DNA of 59,420 bases from Thiotrichales bacterium (GCA_018658305.1 JABHVM010000073.1:1-59420); one strand, 5' to 3'; counted from the first letter of the stretch, positions 38,536-48,059 are shown. Translations and numbers: made by a program. The notes: a model not told the origin generated them from the letters alone.

Positions 38536-41500
38536 TTAACTCCGCACCATCGCCTGAGCCTCTTCTATATCAACTGATACCATACGAGACACTCCAGGTT
38601 CATGCATAGTTACACCAGAGAGTTGATCCGATATCTCCATAGTTGCTTTATTATGGGTGATGAAGATAAATTGAACTCTATCTGACATCAACTTAACCAT
38701 ATTACAGAAGCGCCCTACATTTGCCTCATCTAGTGGCGCGTCGACCTCGTCCAGCATGCAGAATGGGGCTGGATTCAATTCAAATATAGAGAATACGAGT
38801 GCTACGGCGGTAAGCGCCTTCTCACCACCAGAGAGAAGATGAATTGTACTATTTCTCTTGCCAGGAGGTTGGGCCATTATAGTGACTCCGGTATCTAATA
38901 GATCATCACCCGTCATCTCTAGATGTGCTCGTCCACCACCAAATAGTTTGGGGAAGTTTGCTTTTAGCCCATCGTTAATCTTCTCAAATGTATCTTTAAA
39001 TCGGCTTCTGGTCTCACGATCAATTTTAGCTATAGCATCTTCTAAGATTTTTAGAGCCTCTAACAGATCATCATTCTGTTCATCAAGATATGTTTTTCTC
39101 TCTGATTCACTCTGGTACTCTTCAATTGCAGCTAAATTAATAGGACCGAGTCTTGTTATCTTCTGCTCTATATCACTAACCAGTTGCTGCCACCTCCCCA
39201 CTGTGGCACGACCTCGTTCCTCGGTTATATCAGCATCTAATGTCCTTAATAGTGTATCTCGTCCATAACCGCTCTCTTGAAGCTGCTCATCCAAAGTTTG
39301 ACGACGCACATGAATCTCTTGTTTATCTAGCACCCTCTTCTCATGCACTACCCTTAGATCTTGGACTTCACGCTCTATTCCTATTCTCTCCCCATCCATC
39401 TCCCTAAGTTTATGCTCTATCTCTTCAAGCTGACGACGAGCATCCATAAGCTCATTCTCTACTAGCAACTGTTTAGCAAGCTCCCCCTCAAGCTCTTGCT
39501 TTAGCGCTGTGATCGGCTCCTTAATATTCTCCCTATCAGCACTGATCTCAATTTTCCTCTTTTCACTAGAGGCTAGTTGCTCCTCCATACGCACCAACCC
39601 ATTACGAGTTGACTCTAAACGAGTTCTAGACGATTCAATCTCTACCGTAATCTTATGAAGTTGATCCCTCTTCTCTCGAGCACTATCTCGTGCTCTATCC
39701 ATATTTTCACGCAACACTATCTTATGAGAATCCATCTTATCTCGTTTAGATTCACTCTCTTGCATAGCTTCCAAAGCAACCTCTAATTTAGCCCTAAGAA
39801 TATGGATACTCTCTTCAGCCTCCTTCTCATCACTATTTATTCTATGCAACTCTACAGCGATACTCCCTCTTCTCTGGTCAGCTTGCTCTTGACGAGCCTG
39901 CTTTCCACTCAACTGCGCCTTTGCAGTACCAATCTTAGATGCACGCTGCTCAAGCTCTCGCTGCTCCTGCTCTAACTTCTGCTCTTGCTCTTTCTGTGAG
40001 TTATTAGCTAAATTTATCTTAGCAGCTAAAACCTCTAAAGCTGCCTCTAACTCTTGCTGGCGCTGCTTAAGATCTCGAATAGATTGCTCTCTTTGGAGTA
40101 CACCTTCTGCGCGATCATCTTCCCGTACTATTTGTGACCAGTTATGTCCAATCCATACCCCTCCATTTTTAGTAACTAGAGATGCACCTGCTCTAAGCTG
40201 AGAACGCAGCTCAAGCGCTAGTTCTAAATTCTCAACTCCATAAACTCCCTGTAACAATTCGTCAACACCACTGCCCATTTTAATTACTGAATCCTCACTC
40301 AATAGTGAGGTCAACGGAGTTGCTCCAGTCAGCTCTATCTCTGTTATCTGCTCTAATGAAGATGCGGAACTATCTGCGCTCTGCGCACTACCTTGGATAA
40401 AGCTTACCATTCCTTTTTTAAGCTTAGATGAGCTCTGCAGCAACTCACTATCACTATTAACGCTCACTGCCTCTAAATAATCCCCAAGAACAGTCTCTAG
40501 TGCTTGCTCCCAGCCCGGCTCTACTGTTAATAATTCCGCTAAACGGGGAGCATCTGCCATTCCACTCTGTTGTAACCAATTTTTAATACCGCTTTTATCT
40601 CTTCCTAGAGCATCTTGTTGTAGCGCCTCCAATGAAGTTAATTTACCACGCAGGCGTTGTAGTTCGCTACGCTCACTATTCTGTTGCTCAGAAAATTTGC
40701 GCACCTCCTCTCGTTGAGCAGTTATTGAACCTCTCAAATTTCTTAAATTATCTCTCTGCTGCTGTAGCTCTAACTCACCCTTTTCAAGAGTTTTGCTCTC
40801 TTCCAGAAGAGAGTTTATATCTACAACGGGGAGAAGTTTCTGTTCATCGTGCAGTCTCTGCTGTTGATTGCGTCCACTCTGCTGTTGGCGCTCTAACTGT
40901 TCAATCTGTGAACGAGATATCTCAGCATCTCTAGTAGGGTCGTTGGCTGAACGGTTGAATTCTTCAAACTCACTCTGCCACTCATGCCAAGCATTTTCCG
41001 CACTCTCCCACTCTCTACTAAATACAGCATCCTCCTCGGTTAGCTTTTTCCACTCAGGCTCATCTCTCTTTAGATTTTCCTCTAACTCAATAATGCGTTG
41101 TTGGTCTGATTTCATCATAGCATTAGCTTCATGCCAACTCTCTTCAACCTTCTGTAGATCACTCTCAAGCTGGGACCGTCTCTCTCTCATCCCTTTTAAG
41201 TTCTGTTCAGTACGGGCAATCTCTGCTCCCACCTCATAAAATCTGCCTTGTATTTTGTTAAATGAATCATTTGATTCAGAGTGCTTTTCACGACTCTTCT
41301 CAATATCAGCTTCAACTCCTCGCTGCTTCGCTATCTTCTGTTGGACTGCTAACTCTGCCTGGCGTGCAATCTTATCTTGTTTACTGGCTTGCTCATCATA
41401 ATCTCGCCAACGCAGTGCCAAGAGCTCTGCTTGTAGAAGACGCTCTTCCTCTTTTAGTTTACGATATCGTTTTGCGGTTTGAGACTGTCGTTCTAGACGA

Positions 41501-42117
41501 CGCAACTGCTTTCCTAACTCTTCCCGCAGATCATTAATGCGATCAAGATTCTCACGGGTATGGCGCATCCGTGTTTCAGTCTCTCTGCGGCGCTCTTTAT
41601 ATTTGGAGATTCCTGCAGCTTCTTCAATTAGTACTCGTAAATCATCTGGTTTCGCCTCTACAAAACGAGAGATCATCCCTTGCTCAATAATTGCGTAACT
41701 GCGTGGACCTAGACCTGTACCTAGAAAGAGATCCATAATGTCACGGCGACGGCACTTAGTTCCATTCAGATAGTAGCTAGATTTACCATCTCGTGATCCT
41801 TTGCGCTTAACAGAGATCTCACTAAAACTTGAGTACTGTCCCTGTAATTTACCATCGGCATTATCAAAAATTAGCTCTACTGATGCGTGCCCTACAGGCT
41901 TTCTACTGCTAGAGCCATTAAATATTACATCAGACATGGAGTCACCGCGCAGCTGCTTGGCAGAGCTCTCTCCCATAACCCAGCGCACCGCATCAATTAT
42001 ATTTGATTTACCACAACCATTAGGACCAATTACTCCCACTAGATTACTGGGAAATGGTACTGTGGTTGGGTCTACAAATGATTTGAAACCAGCAAGTTTA
42101 AGTGTTTTTAATCGCAT
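38536..42117 (-). CDS. smc: Chromosome segregation protein SMC
   Basis: 1193 aa. Walker A GPNGCGKSN, long coiled coils and hinge, signature LSGGEK, Walker B FCMLDEVDAPLD. Confidence 0.93.
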   Translation of the reverse strand: MRLKTLKLAGFKSFVDPTTVPFPSNLVGVIGPNGCGKSNIIDAVRWVMGESSAKQLRGDSMSDVIFNGSSSRKPVGHASVELIFDNADGKLQGQYSSFSEISVKRKGSRDGKSSYYLNGTKCRRRDIMDLFLGTGLGPRSYAIIEQGMISRFVEAKPDDLRVLIEEAAGISKYKERRRETETRMRHTRENLDRINDLREELGKQLRRLERQSQTAKRYRKLKEEERLLQAELLALRWRDYDEQASKQDKIARQAELAVQQKIAKQRGVEADIEKSREKHSESNDSFNKIQGRFYEVGAEIARTEQNLKGMRERRSQLESDLQKVEESWHEANAMMKSDQQRIIELEENLKRDEPEWKKLTEEDAVFSREWESAENAWHEWQSEFEEFNRSANDPTRDAEISRSQIEQLERQQQSGRNQQQRLHDEQKLLPVVDINSLLEESKTLEKGELELQQQRDNLRNLRGSITAQREEVRKFSEQQNSERSELQRLRGKLTSLEALQQDALGRDKSGIKNWLQQSGMADAPRLAELLTVEPGWEQALETVLGDYLEAVSVNSDSELLQSSSKLKKGMVSFIQGSAQSADSSASSLEQITEIELTGATPLTSLLSEDSVIKMGSGVDELLQGVYGVENLELALELRSQLRAGASLVTKNGGVWIGHNWSQIVREDDRAEGVLQREQSIRDLKQRQQELEAALEVLAAKINLANNSQKEQEQKLEQEQRELEQRASKIGTAKAQLSGKQARQEQADQRRGSIAVELHRINSDEKEAEESIHILRAKLEVALEAMQESESKRDKMDSHKIVLRENMDRARDSAREKRDQLHKITVEIESSRTRLESTRNGLVRMEEQLASSEKRKIEISADRENIKEPITALKQELEGELAKQLLVENELMDARRQLEEIEHKLREMDGERIGIEREVQDLRVVHEKRVLDKQEIHVRRQTLDEQLQESGYGRDTLLRTLDADITEERGRATVGRWQQLVSDIEQKITRLGPINLAAIEEYQSESERKTYLDEQNDDLLEALKILEDAIAKIDRETRSRFKDTFEKINDGLKANFPKLFGGGRAHLEMTGDDLLDTGVTIMAQPPGKRNSTIHLLSGGEKALTAVALVFSIFELNPAPFCMLDEVDAPLDEANVGRFCNMVKLMSDRVQFIFITHNKATMEISDQLSGVTMHEPGVSRMVSVDIEEAQAMVRS

Positions 42118-42239
42118 CTACTAATGTCTATATATTCTTAATATGTATCTTCTTAATGAAATGGCGTATAATACCACTTGAGAACACTTTGTAGTGTTAA
42201 ATTTTTCATAGTAATTGTAGAGTATTTTAGAGAGTATTT

Positions 42240-42629
42240 ATGCCTAGTAGCCCAAGCACCGAATTAGAGACCTTCGATAATCCAACCCCAGAACGCGACT
42301 ACACAATACGCATAAACAGTCCTGAATTTACCTGCCTCTGCCCTAAAACTGGACAGCCAGATTTTGCCACTTTAGAGCTGGAGTATATTCCAGATCAGCA
42401 ATGTGTAGAGCTTAAATCATTCAAGCTATATGTCTGGTCATACCGCGATAAAGGCGAATTTCATGAGGCTGTTACTAACCATATTCTCTCTGACTTAATT
42501 GCTGTAACTCAACCTCGTTTTATGCGTTTAACTGCTATATTTAATGTGCGTGGTGGAGTATACACCACCGTTATTGCAGAGCATAAGGCAGTTAACTGGG
42601 AGTCATCTCCAGTTGTTAAGCTACCTTAA
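42240..42629 (+). CDS. queF: NADPH-dependent 7-cyano-7-deazaguanine reductase (type I QueF)
   Basis: 129 aa. Catalytic Cys context [14 protein letters not shown] and the QueF motif [13 protein letters not shown]. Confidence 0.92.
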   Translation: MPSSPSTELETFDNPTPERDYTIRINSPEFTCLCPKTGQPDFATLELEYIPDQQCVELKSFKLYVWSYRDKGEFHEAVTNHILSDLIAVTQPRFMRLTAIFNVRGGVYTTVIAEHKAVNWESSPVVKLP

Positions 42630-42664
42630 TTTTATCAGTTGAGGTAGGAGTGGGCGTTACTATT

Positions 42665-42989
42665 TCAGTCAATTAACTTCTTAGCCTCTTCTATACTTAT
42701 TCCGGATGAGACTAAGGCTGTCACTGCTGTCTCAATAGAAGAATTTTTTCTAGCTATCTCTTCTTCTACTTTTCGCTTTTAGGTAGGGTATCTGTATGAT
42801 GTCGCTGTCGTGGGTTAGGCCTTCGATAAACTCCTCTTTTGTCTCCAACTCACTATTTGTGGCGTGGTCTATGTAGCTTCTTTTGACATGGACAATTGTG
42901 GCAGTGAGGTGTTGGAGTTTGCGCCCTAATAAAGTGGGGAATTTAATGGGTAAGGGAGAATGGTGGTATTTTCTCAACACTAAGTGCAA
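42665..42989 (-). pseudogene. Possible degraded gene remnant (79-aa TTG-start ORF plus out-of-frame C-terminal tail)
   Basis: The 42750-42989 ORF has odd composition and no SD. Immediately downstream, in another frame, the sequence reads ...IETAVTALVSSGISIEEAKKLID-stop (ends 42665), which suggests a frameshifted remnant. I cannot assign a family. Confidence 0.25.
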
Positions 42990-43027
42990 GAAAAAGAGAG
43001 TGATAAATTCAGGCTAAAAGATTCTGA

Positions 43028-43279
43028 CTAAAAAATCCAAACTAAGAATCGCAATAGAATAAAAACAGCTGTGTAGTATATCGCTGGCAAAATCAATAGC
43101 AGCGGTATGCCTAGTAACATCTCCACCATTCCAGCCTGTTCAGAAAGTATTATCTGTAAAAAATCTTTCTCTAGTAATACCCACCAAAACCAGAGCAGAC
43201 TTCCTGCTCCTCCAACCAGCTCCCCACTCTTCTGTAGAGTTGGAGAGAGTTCAATCTGTCGAAATTGCTCTAGTGTCAT
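43028..43279 (-). CDS. Small hypothetical membrane protein
   Basis: 83 aa with two hydrophobic helices (GAGSLLWFWWVLL; LLGIPLLLILPAIYYTAVFILLRFLVWIF). Starts 1 nt after the cbbY stop. Confidence 0.45.
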   Translation of the reverse strand: MTLEQFRQIELSPTLQKSGELVGGAGSLLWFWWVLLEKDFLQIILSEQAGMVEMLLGIPLLLILPAIYYTAVFILLRFLVWIF

Positions 43280-43280
43280 T

Positions 43281-44027
43281 TTACAGCTTCGATATCCATT
43301 CTAGATTTAGATAACCACCACCATCAGCATCATCTCCTGCAATGACTTTACACTCACTATCTGGTTCACCTAAACCATCCAATACTAAAGCTGCCCCACT
43401 AAAGTCATCTTTATCTGTATAGCCATTCACAGTAATTACAGTCTTTAAACCAGCTGCTTGAGAAGATAGAATTCCATTGCGAGAGTCTTCAAAAGCTATA
43501 CAGTCCGCAGCATCTAACCCTAACTCATCTAGTACATAATTGTATATATCGGGAGCCGGTTTCTTGTTTGGGATAATATCTCCAGCCCCAATAACTTTAA
43601 ACCAAGCCGCAGCTCCAGGAAAGAGCGCATACTCTAACAGAGCGGATACATTCTGTGGAGTTGTAGTTGTTGCAATTGCGAGGGTAACTTTAGCATTATG
43701 AGCCTCAGTTAACAGACGACGCACGCCACTACGGAGTGGGATTTTACCGTCCTCTAATAGCTTAACAAAGTGACGAGTTTTAGCCGCATGTAGCTCAGCT
43801 ATCCACTCTTTCATATCTCCAACTTTAGGAATTGATGGTTTTTTACTATCAATAAAGTGGAGAATTCTCTCCTTACCACCTGTAACTGAGAGTAGCTCAC
43901 CGTAGAGCTCCTCACTCCAATTCCACTCTAATCCAGCTTCATTAAATGCGAGGTTAAAAGCGACACGATGTCCGTCCCGCTCTGTGTCAGCTAAAGTTCC
44001 ATCCACATCAAAAATAAGTGCTCTCAT
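43281..44027 (-). CDS. cbbY: HAD-superfamily phosphatase, CbbY-like
   Basis: 248 aa. HAD motif I FDVDGTLADTERDGHRVAFN, plus further CbbY-like blocks (GGKERI, IATTT, FEDSRNG). Confidence 0.8.
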   Translation of the reverse strand: MRALIFDVDGTLADTERDGHRVAFNLAFNEAGLEWNWSEELYGELLSVTGGKERILHFIDSKKPSIPKVGDMKEWIAELHAAKTRHFVKLLEDGKIPLRSGVRRLLTEAHNAKVTLAIATTTTPQNVSALLEYALFPGAAAWFKVIGAGDIIPNKKPAPDIYNYVLDELGLDAADCIAFEDSRNGILSSQAAGLKTVITVNGYTDKDDFSGAALVLDGLGEPDSECKVIAGDDADGGGYLNLEWISKL

Positions 44028-44071
44028 ATTTATATCTCTTAATTAGTTTCTCAATAATTTATTAAACTACA

Positions 44072-44110
44072 AGCCCCTATTTAACTACAGCTGTAGCTAA
44101 ATAGAGGGCT
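44072..44110. repeat. 39-nt near-perfect palindrome in the divergent cbbY/dksA intergenic region
   Basis: AGCCCCTATTTAACTACAG|CTGTAGCTAAATAGAGGGCT, with a perfect 12-bp core palindrome CTACAGCTGTAG and arms carrying one bulge and one mismatch. Confidence 0.6.
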
Positions 44111-44253
44111 GATTATAACATGAACCCTTATAATCTCTTACGATATAAATTGCAAATCTCTTAATAATCTGTTAATAATACACAGTTATTAGTGACTATT
44201 AGTGATGTATTGATAGTTTTAGAATTGCTTACTTATAAAATTGAAGAGGATAT

Positions 44254-45117
44254 ATGATGGCTACCGTAAAGAAAAAGACAGTTAAAAAGAAGAAGATAGC
44301 GACAAATAAAACGGTAGCAGTAAAAAAGAAAGTAGTTAAAAAAAGTCCATCTAAGAAAAAGTCAGTGAAAAAAAGTATCGCTAAGAAAAAAGTTGTTAAG
44401 AAAAAAGTAGCCAAAAAGAGTGTTGTTAAGAAAAAAGTTGTAAAGAAAAAGGTGGCTAAAAAGAGCGCTGTTAAGAAAAAAGTTGTAAAGAAAAAGGTGG
44501 CTAAAAAGAGCGCTGTTAAGAAAAAAGTTGTAAAGAAAAAGGTAGCTAAAAAGAGCGCTGTTAAGAAGAAAGTTGTAAAGAATAAGGTGGTCAAGAAAAA
44601 AGTGGCTAAAAAAAGTGCGTCACCAGTAAGTGGTTCGATAAAAAAACTGACGAATAACAGTCAGTTAAAAGGAAGATCTAAAGTAGCATCTAGAAGAAAA
44701 TCAATTCAGCATCTGCCAGGAAATATTAAGCCATATAAGAATAAGCGTGGTGAAATCTATATGAATACTGAACAGAAAGCCCACTTCAAAAATATCCTAC
44801 TATTTTGGAAGCACGATTTAATGGCGGAAGTTGACCGCACAGTTCACCACATGCAAGATGAGACCATCCACCTTGCTGACCCAAATGATCGAGCAACCTT
44901 AGAGGAGGAGTTTTCACTTGAGCTGAGAACTCGTGATCGTGAACGCAAACTTATTCGTAAAATTGATAAAACTCTGCATGAACTAGATTCGGATGAGTAT
45001 GGATATTGTGAATCTTGCGGCATAGAGATTGGAATTCAACGCCTTGAAGCTCGCCCTACTGCCAACCTCTGTATCGACTGTAAAGAGTTACAAGAGATCA
45101 AAGAGAAGACTACTTAA
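44254..45117 (+). CDS. dksA: RNA polymerase-binding transcription factor DksA with a lysine-rich repeat N-terminal extension
   Basis: 287-aa uninterrupted ORF. The C-terminal part is colinear with E. coli DksA, including the DPNDRA tip and the CESC...CIDC zinc finger. The N-terminal ~125 aa are K/V/A/S repeats. SD GAAGAGGA lies before ATG 44254. Confidence 0.85.
   Translation: MMATVKKKTVKKKKIATNKTVAVKKKVVKKSPSKKKSVKKSIAKKKVVKKKVAKKSVVKKKVVKKKVAKKSAVKKKVVKKKVAKKSAVKKKVVKKKVAKKSAVKKKVVKNKVVKKKVAKKSASPVSGSIKKLTNNSQLKGRSKVASRRKSIQHLPGNIKPYKNKRGEIYMNTEQKAHFKNILLFWKHDLMAEVDRTVHHMQDETIHLADPNDRATLEEEFSLELRTRDRERKLIRKIDKTLHELDSDEYGYCESCGIEIGIQRLEARPTANLCIDCKELQEIKEKTT
44380..44604 (+). repeat. 45-bp coding tandem repeat (~5 copies) encoding [15 protein letters not shown]
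   Basis: 44425-44469 and 44470-44514 are identical. 44515-44559 differs at 1 nt. The flanking copies (44380-44424, 44560-44604) are degenerate. Confidence 0.9.
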
Positions 45118-45148
45118 TTTTATTCGATCGCTTGGCTTGGATGGGAGA

Positions 45149-46009
45149 GTGAAAAAGCAGTTAAAGGGGCGTTTTGCTCCCTCTCCTAGCGGAGACCTCC
45201 ATTTTGGATCACTAGTTGCTGCAGTAGCAAGCTATCTAGAGATAAAAAAAACTGATGGAGAGTGGTTGGTAAGAGTTGAAGATATAGATCCACCACGAAT
45301 AGTAGAGGGTGCTAGCAGTGCCATACTGCAGAGCTTAGAGTCTCACCATCTCTATTGGGATGGTGAAGTTAGCTATCAAAGTAAGCGTATCCACCACTAT
45401 CAAGAGGTGATGGAAAATCTAAAAAGATCCAACCTTATATATGGATGTGAATGTAGCCGCAAGCAGCTAAAAGGGGTATATCCCTACCCTAAGCTATGTC
45501 GTAATCTTACTCTGCCAATTAACCACATCTCAACAAATCAGCGTAACTATGCGCTTCGTATTAAAACTAAATCAGAAGAGATAAATATGAGTGATCTCTG
45601 GCTTGGAGATCTATCTTGGAATATGGAGAGCGATATTGGGGACTCTATTTTACAGCGTGCAGATGGCATATTTAGCTACCACCTGGCTGTTGTAGTTGAT
45701 GATTTTTTACAAGGTATAACTCAAGTAATTAGAGGCTCTGATCTGCTCGATTCAACCCCCATACATATTCACCTCCAACAACTTCTTGGTTACAACACCC
45801 CGCAATATGGACACATTCCGACAGCAACCAATAGTGATGGTGTTAAACTTAGCAAGCAGTATGGAGCCAAGCCACTTAACAACAACTCTCCTCTAGATAA
45901 TATATTTCTGGCTCTTCAGTTTTTAGGAGCTAACCCACCCAGCAAACTCAGAGATCACTCTTTAGACACGCTTTGGAGTTGGGCTTTAGAGAACTGGAAA
46001 ACCAGGTAA
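45149..46009 (+). CDS. gluQ: Glutamyl-Q tRNA(Asp) synthetase
   Basis: GRFAPSPSGDLHFGSL (HIGH-like), WLVRVEDIDPPR, AVVVDD and KLSKQ match E. coli YadB/GluQRS. The likely start is GTG 45149 (or TTG 45137), after the dksA stop. The ORF-track start 45029 lies inside dksA. Confidence 0.88.
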   Translation: MKKQLKGRFAPSPSGDLHFGSLVAAVASYLEIKKTDGEWLVRVEDIDPPRIVEGASSAILQSLESHHLYWDGEVSYQSKRIHHYQEVMENLKRSNLIYGCECSRKQLKGVYPYPKLCRNLTLPINHISTNQRNYALRIKTKSEEINMSDLWLGDLSWNMESDIGDSILQRADGIFSYHLAVVVDDFLQGITQVIRGSDLLDSTPIHIHLQQLLGYNTPQYGHIPTATNSDGVKLSKQYGAKPLNNNSPLDNIFLALQFLGANPPSKLRDHSLDTLWSWALENWKTR

Positions 46010-46012
46010 TTT

Positions 46013-46474
46013 ATGAATAATCCCACTCAACAATTTACCAACAATAAACAAAATACCTACCTAGAGAAGTTTAATGGTTCATTTAACAGCCTTTTACAGT
46101 GGGATGATCTTACAGAATTTTGGAGACTACTTAGTAGAAGCGAAGAGTCTTGGTATATATACACTGTTGGAAAACTGCCACCAACTGAGCCAACCACATC
46201 TAAAATATTTATCAGTTTCATAGAGGAGATTGATAAGTTACTGCGCCGAGAACATGATAGTCGTATCTGTGGAATTGTCTATAGTGACAACAGCAAGTTC
46301 CCTAGTATAGTTAAGATATATGATCCTAACAATCTTGGGATTTCATGTGGCTCCAGCGAGACCCCTCCTCTACCTGGATGGGTACTCTCTTTAGATCCAC
46401 CAGAAGATTTAGAGCCGGTTCAGATATTACCAAATAATCGCAAACGCTGGTGGAGTAGAGTGTTAGGCAATTAA
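46013..46474 (+). CDS. Hypothetical protein
   Basis: 153 aa. Starts 4 nt after the gluQ stop. Protein-like composition. No motif recognised. Confidence 0.5.
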   Translation: MNNPTQQFTNNKQNTYLEKFNGSFNSLLQWDDLTEFWRLLSRSEESWYIYTVGKLPPTEPTTSKIFISFIEEIDKLLRREHDSRICGIVYSDNSKFPSIVKIYDPNNLGISCGSSETPPLPGWVLSLDPPEDLEPVQILPNNRKRWWSRVLGN

Positions 46475-47539
46475 CTCCCGCAAAACTACAGTAGCATACG
46501 CCCCTGCGGGTAACCAAAACGAGAGCTCTAGATTGCTTGCTGAATCTACTCCATCAAGCATACGCCAACTCATATCTTCTGGAATAAGGCGTAGAGAGCG
46601 TCTTCCGTGCTCCATTCTTGCACCAGCTAAACCATGCTGCATATCCGCAAACCTTTCAATCCCTTGCACTACCGACTCTTCTAGCTCTCTAGCCGCAGCA
46701 CTGCTCTCTAACTCACCATCCCCCCAGAGTGGCGCAGATGGATGAATATCGTGCTCCCGTAACCTACGCTCAACTTCACTATCGATCTCCTCTTGATGAA
46801 AATATGCTTTGCTTTTATCTAAAGAGTAGACCTCTCCAACTAAAGCTCTATTCCAGGTTTCAGAAGCAACTCTATGCGATAGGATATGGTTAAATATTTC
46901 CGAACGAACTGAAGATAACAGCAACCCTCGCTCATGCCGACCCCGTGGTTTATATTTTTTATCAAACATCTGCAGAGCTTTAGCCACATTACTACCGCCT
47001 CTCCCAAAACGCTGTTCACCAAAATAGTTTGGGACTCCCTCTCTCTTAATTTGTTCCAATCTCTGCTCTAATTTTTCCACCGAACCATTTAAGTCACTGC
47101 TATACTCTATATTTCGTAGGATCAGTTTAAACCAGTTACCTCTTAACGCACCAGTGCGAATCTTTCTATTATGCAACTCAGCTTTAACTACCTTTAGATA
47201 ACCACCATACTCTGTTTCACACTCTAGCTCACTCCAGTCTGGCGGAGCTTTTCCCATTAAGTCAACAGAGAACCACTGCTGAGTAATTGCAGCTCTATCT
47301 TTAAGACCAGCCACTCCCACATCTCTGCGTTTAAGCCCCATAAATTTTGCGATCTTAGTTGCTACTTGATCACTATTCATCTCTCTCTTTTCGATCCTCA
47401 CCATCTGATGTTGCCCTTCGCCAGTTGGTGAAAAGCCTAGATCCTCAGTAACTCTAAAATCTTCTGGACAACTTTTAATTTCCGCCTTAGCTACTGGGCC
47501 ACCATGAGCGAATGAGAGCACTTCACTCATCTTCAACAC
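46463..47539 (-). CDS. truD: tRNA pseudouridine(13) synthase TruD
   Basis: 358 aa. PEDFRVTEDLGF start region, GLKDRAAITQQWFS (catalytic Asp), VPNYFGEQRFG, and the C-terminal LPAGAYATVVLRELI, as in E. coli TruD. Confidence 0.93.
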   Translation of the reverse strand: MLKMSEVLSFAHGGPVAKAEIKSCPEDFRVTEDLGFSPTGEGQHQMVRIEKREMNSDQVATKIAKFMGLKRRDVGVAGLKDRAAITQQWFSVDLMGKAPPDWSELECETEYGGYLKVVKAELHNRKIRTGALRGNWFKLILRNIEYSSDLNGSVEKLEQRLEQIKREGVPNYFGEQRFGRGGSNVAKALQMFDKKYKPRGRHERGLLLSSVRSEIFNHILSHRVASETWNRALVGEVYSLDKSKAYFHQEEIDSEVERRLREHDIHPSAPLWGDGELESSAAARELEESVVQGIERFADMQHGLAGARMEHGRRSLRLIPEDMSWRMLDGVDSASNLELSFWLPAGAYATVVLRELIA

Positions 47540-48011
47540 TCTGAAGTAGAGTTACAGCATGTACTGCGATCCCCTTCTCCTCCCCGATAAAACCTAACCG
47601 CTCTGTAGTCGTTGCTTTCACACTTACTTGGTCTAATTTTAGCTTTAATAGATAAGTAAGTTTTTCGCGCATTGGAGTAATATAGTGAGCCATCTTCGGT
47701 TTTTGGGCAATTATAGTTAAGTCAATATTCTCTATTTGATACATTTTATGCTGAATTAACGAGTAGACTTCAAGTAGAAATTGAGAGCTATCTCTATCTT
47801 TATATGCTTCATCACTATCAGGAAAGTGGGTGCCAATATCTCCCAGAGCAAGAGCTCCCAGCAGAGAGTCGCAGAGCGCATGAATTAATACATCTCCATC
47901 GGAGTGAGCTCTAAATTTTTTATTATGGGGAATCTTCACTCCACCCAAAATAATATGATCCCCCTCTTCAAAGGCGTGCACATCAAAACCGTGTCCTATG
48001 CGTATTCCCAC
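47523..48011 (-). CDS. ispF: 2-C-methyl-D-erythritol 2,4-cyclodiphosphate synthase
   Basis: 162 aa. IGHGFDVHAF and HSDGDVLIHALCD motifs. Confidence 0.95.
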   Translation of the reverse strand: MGIRIGHGFDVHAFEEGDHIILGGVKIPHNKKFRAHSDGDVLIHALCDSLLGALALGDIGTHFPDSDEAYKDRDSSQFLLEVYSLIQHKMYQIENIDLTIIAQKPKMAHYITPMREKLTYLLKLKLDQVSVKATTTERLGFIGEEKGIAVHAVTLLQSVEDE

Positions 48012-48059
48012 TACTTACCTCCCTATTTATCTCTTGGGTTCAACCTTTAAATTATCTAT

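Noticed and set aside
40632-41537. Several 90-136-aa plus-strand ORFs within smc (also 38858-39268, 41801-42124)
   Set aside because: All are antisense to the SMC coiled-coil region, and their composition is Ser/Leu/Cys-rich and non-protein-like. The same reasoning applies to the antisense ORFs inside acnB, gltA, icd, dnaE, thrS, ligA and cbbO.
42118-42239. Looked for a preQ1 riboswitch upstream of queF
   Set aside because: There is only a small 6-bp hairpin (AACACT-TTGT-AGTGTT) and no A-rich tail or conserved loop resembling preQ1-I/II aptamers.
44229-44594. 121-aa minus-strand ORF made of F/L/T repeats (looks like a polytopic membrane protein)
   Set aside because: It is the antisense shadow of the AAG/AAA-rich lysine repeat of dksA (TTT/CTT codons). 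It has no SD, and the sense-strand ORF has clear DksA homology downstream.
44380-44604. Regular 45-bp repeat array considered as a possible CRISPR or satellite
   Set aside because: The repeats are directly adjacent with no unique spacers, are in frame, and encode a lysine-rich peptide repeat inside a long ORF.
45029-45148. ORF-track start of gluQ at 45029, inside dksA
   Set aside because: The first 40 codons overlap dksA in another frame and have no GluQRS homology. Homology begins at GRFAPSPSG, just after GTG 45149.
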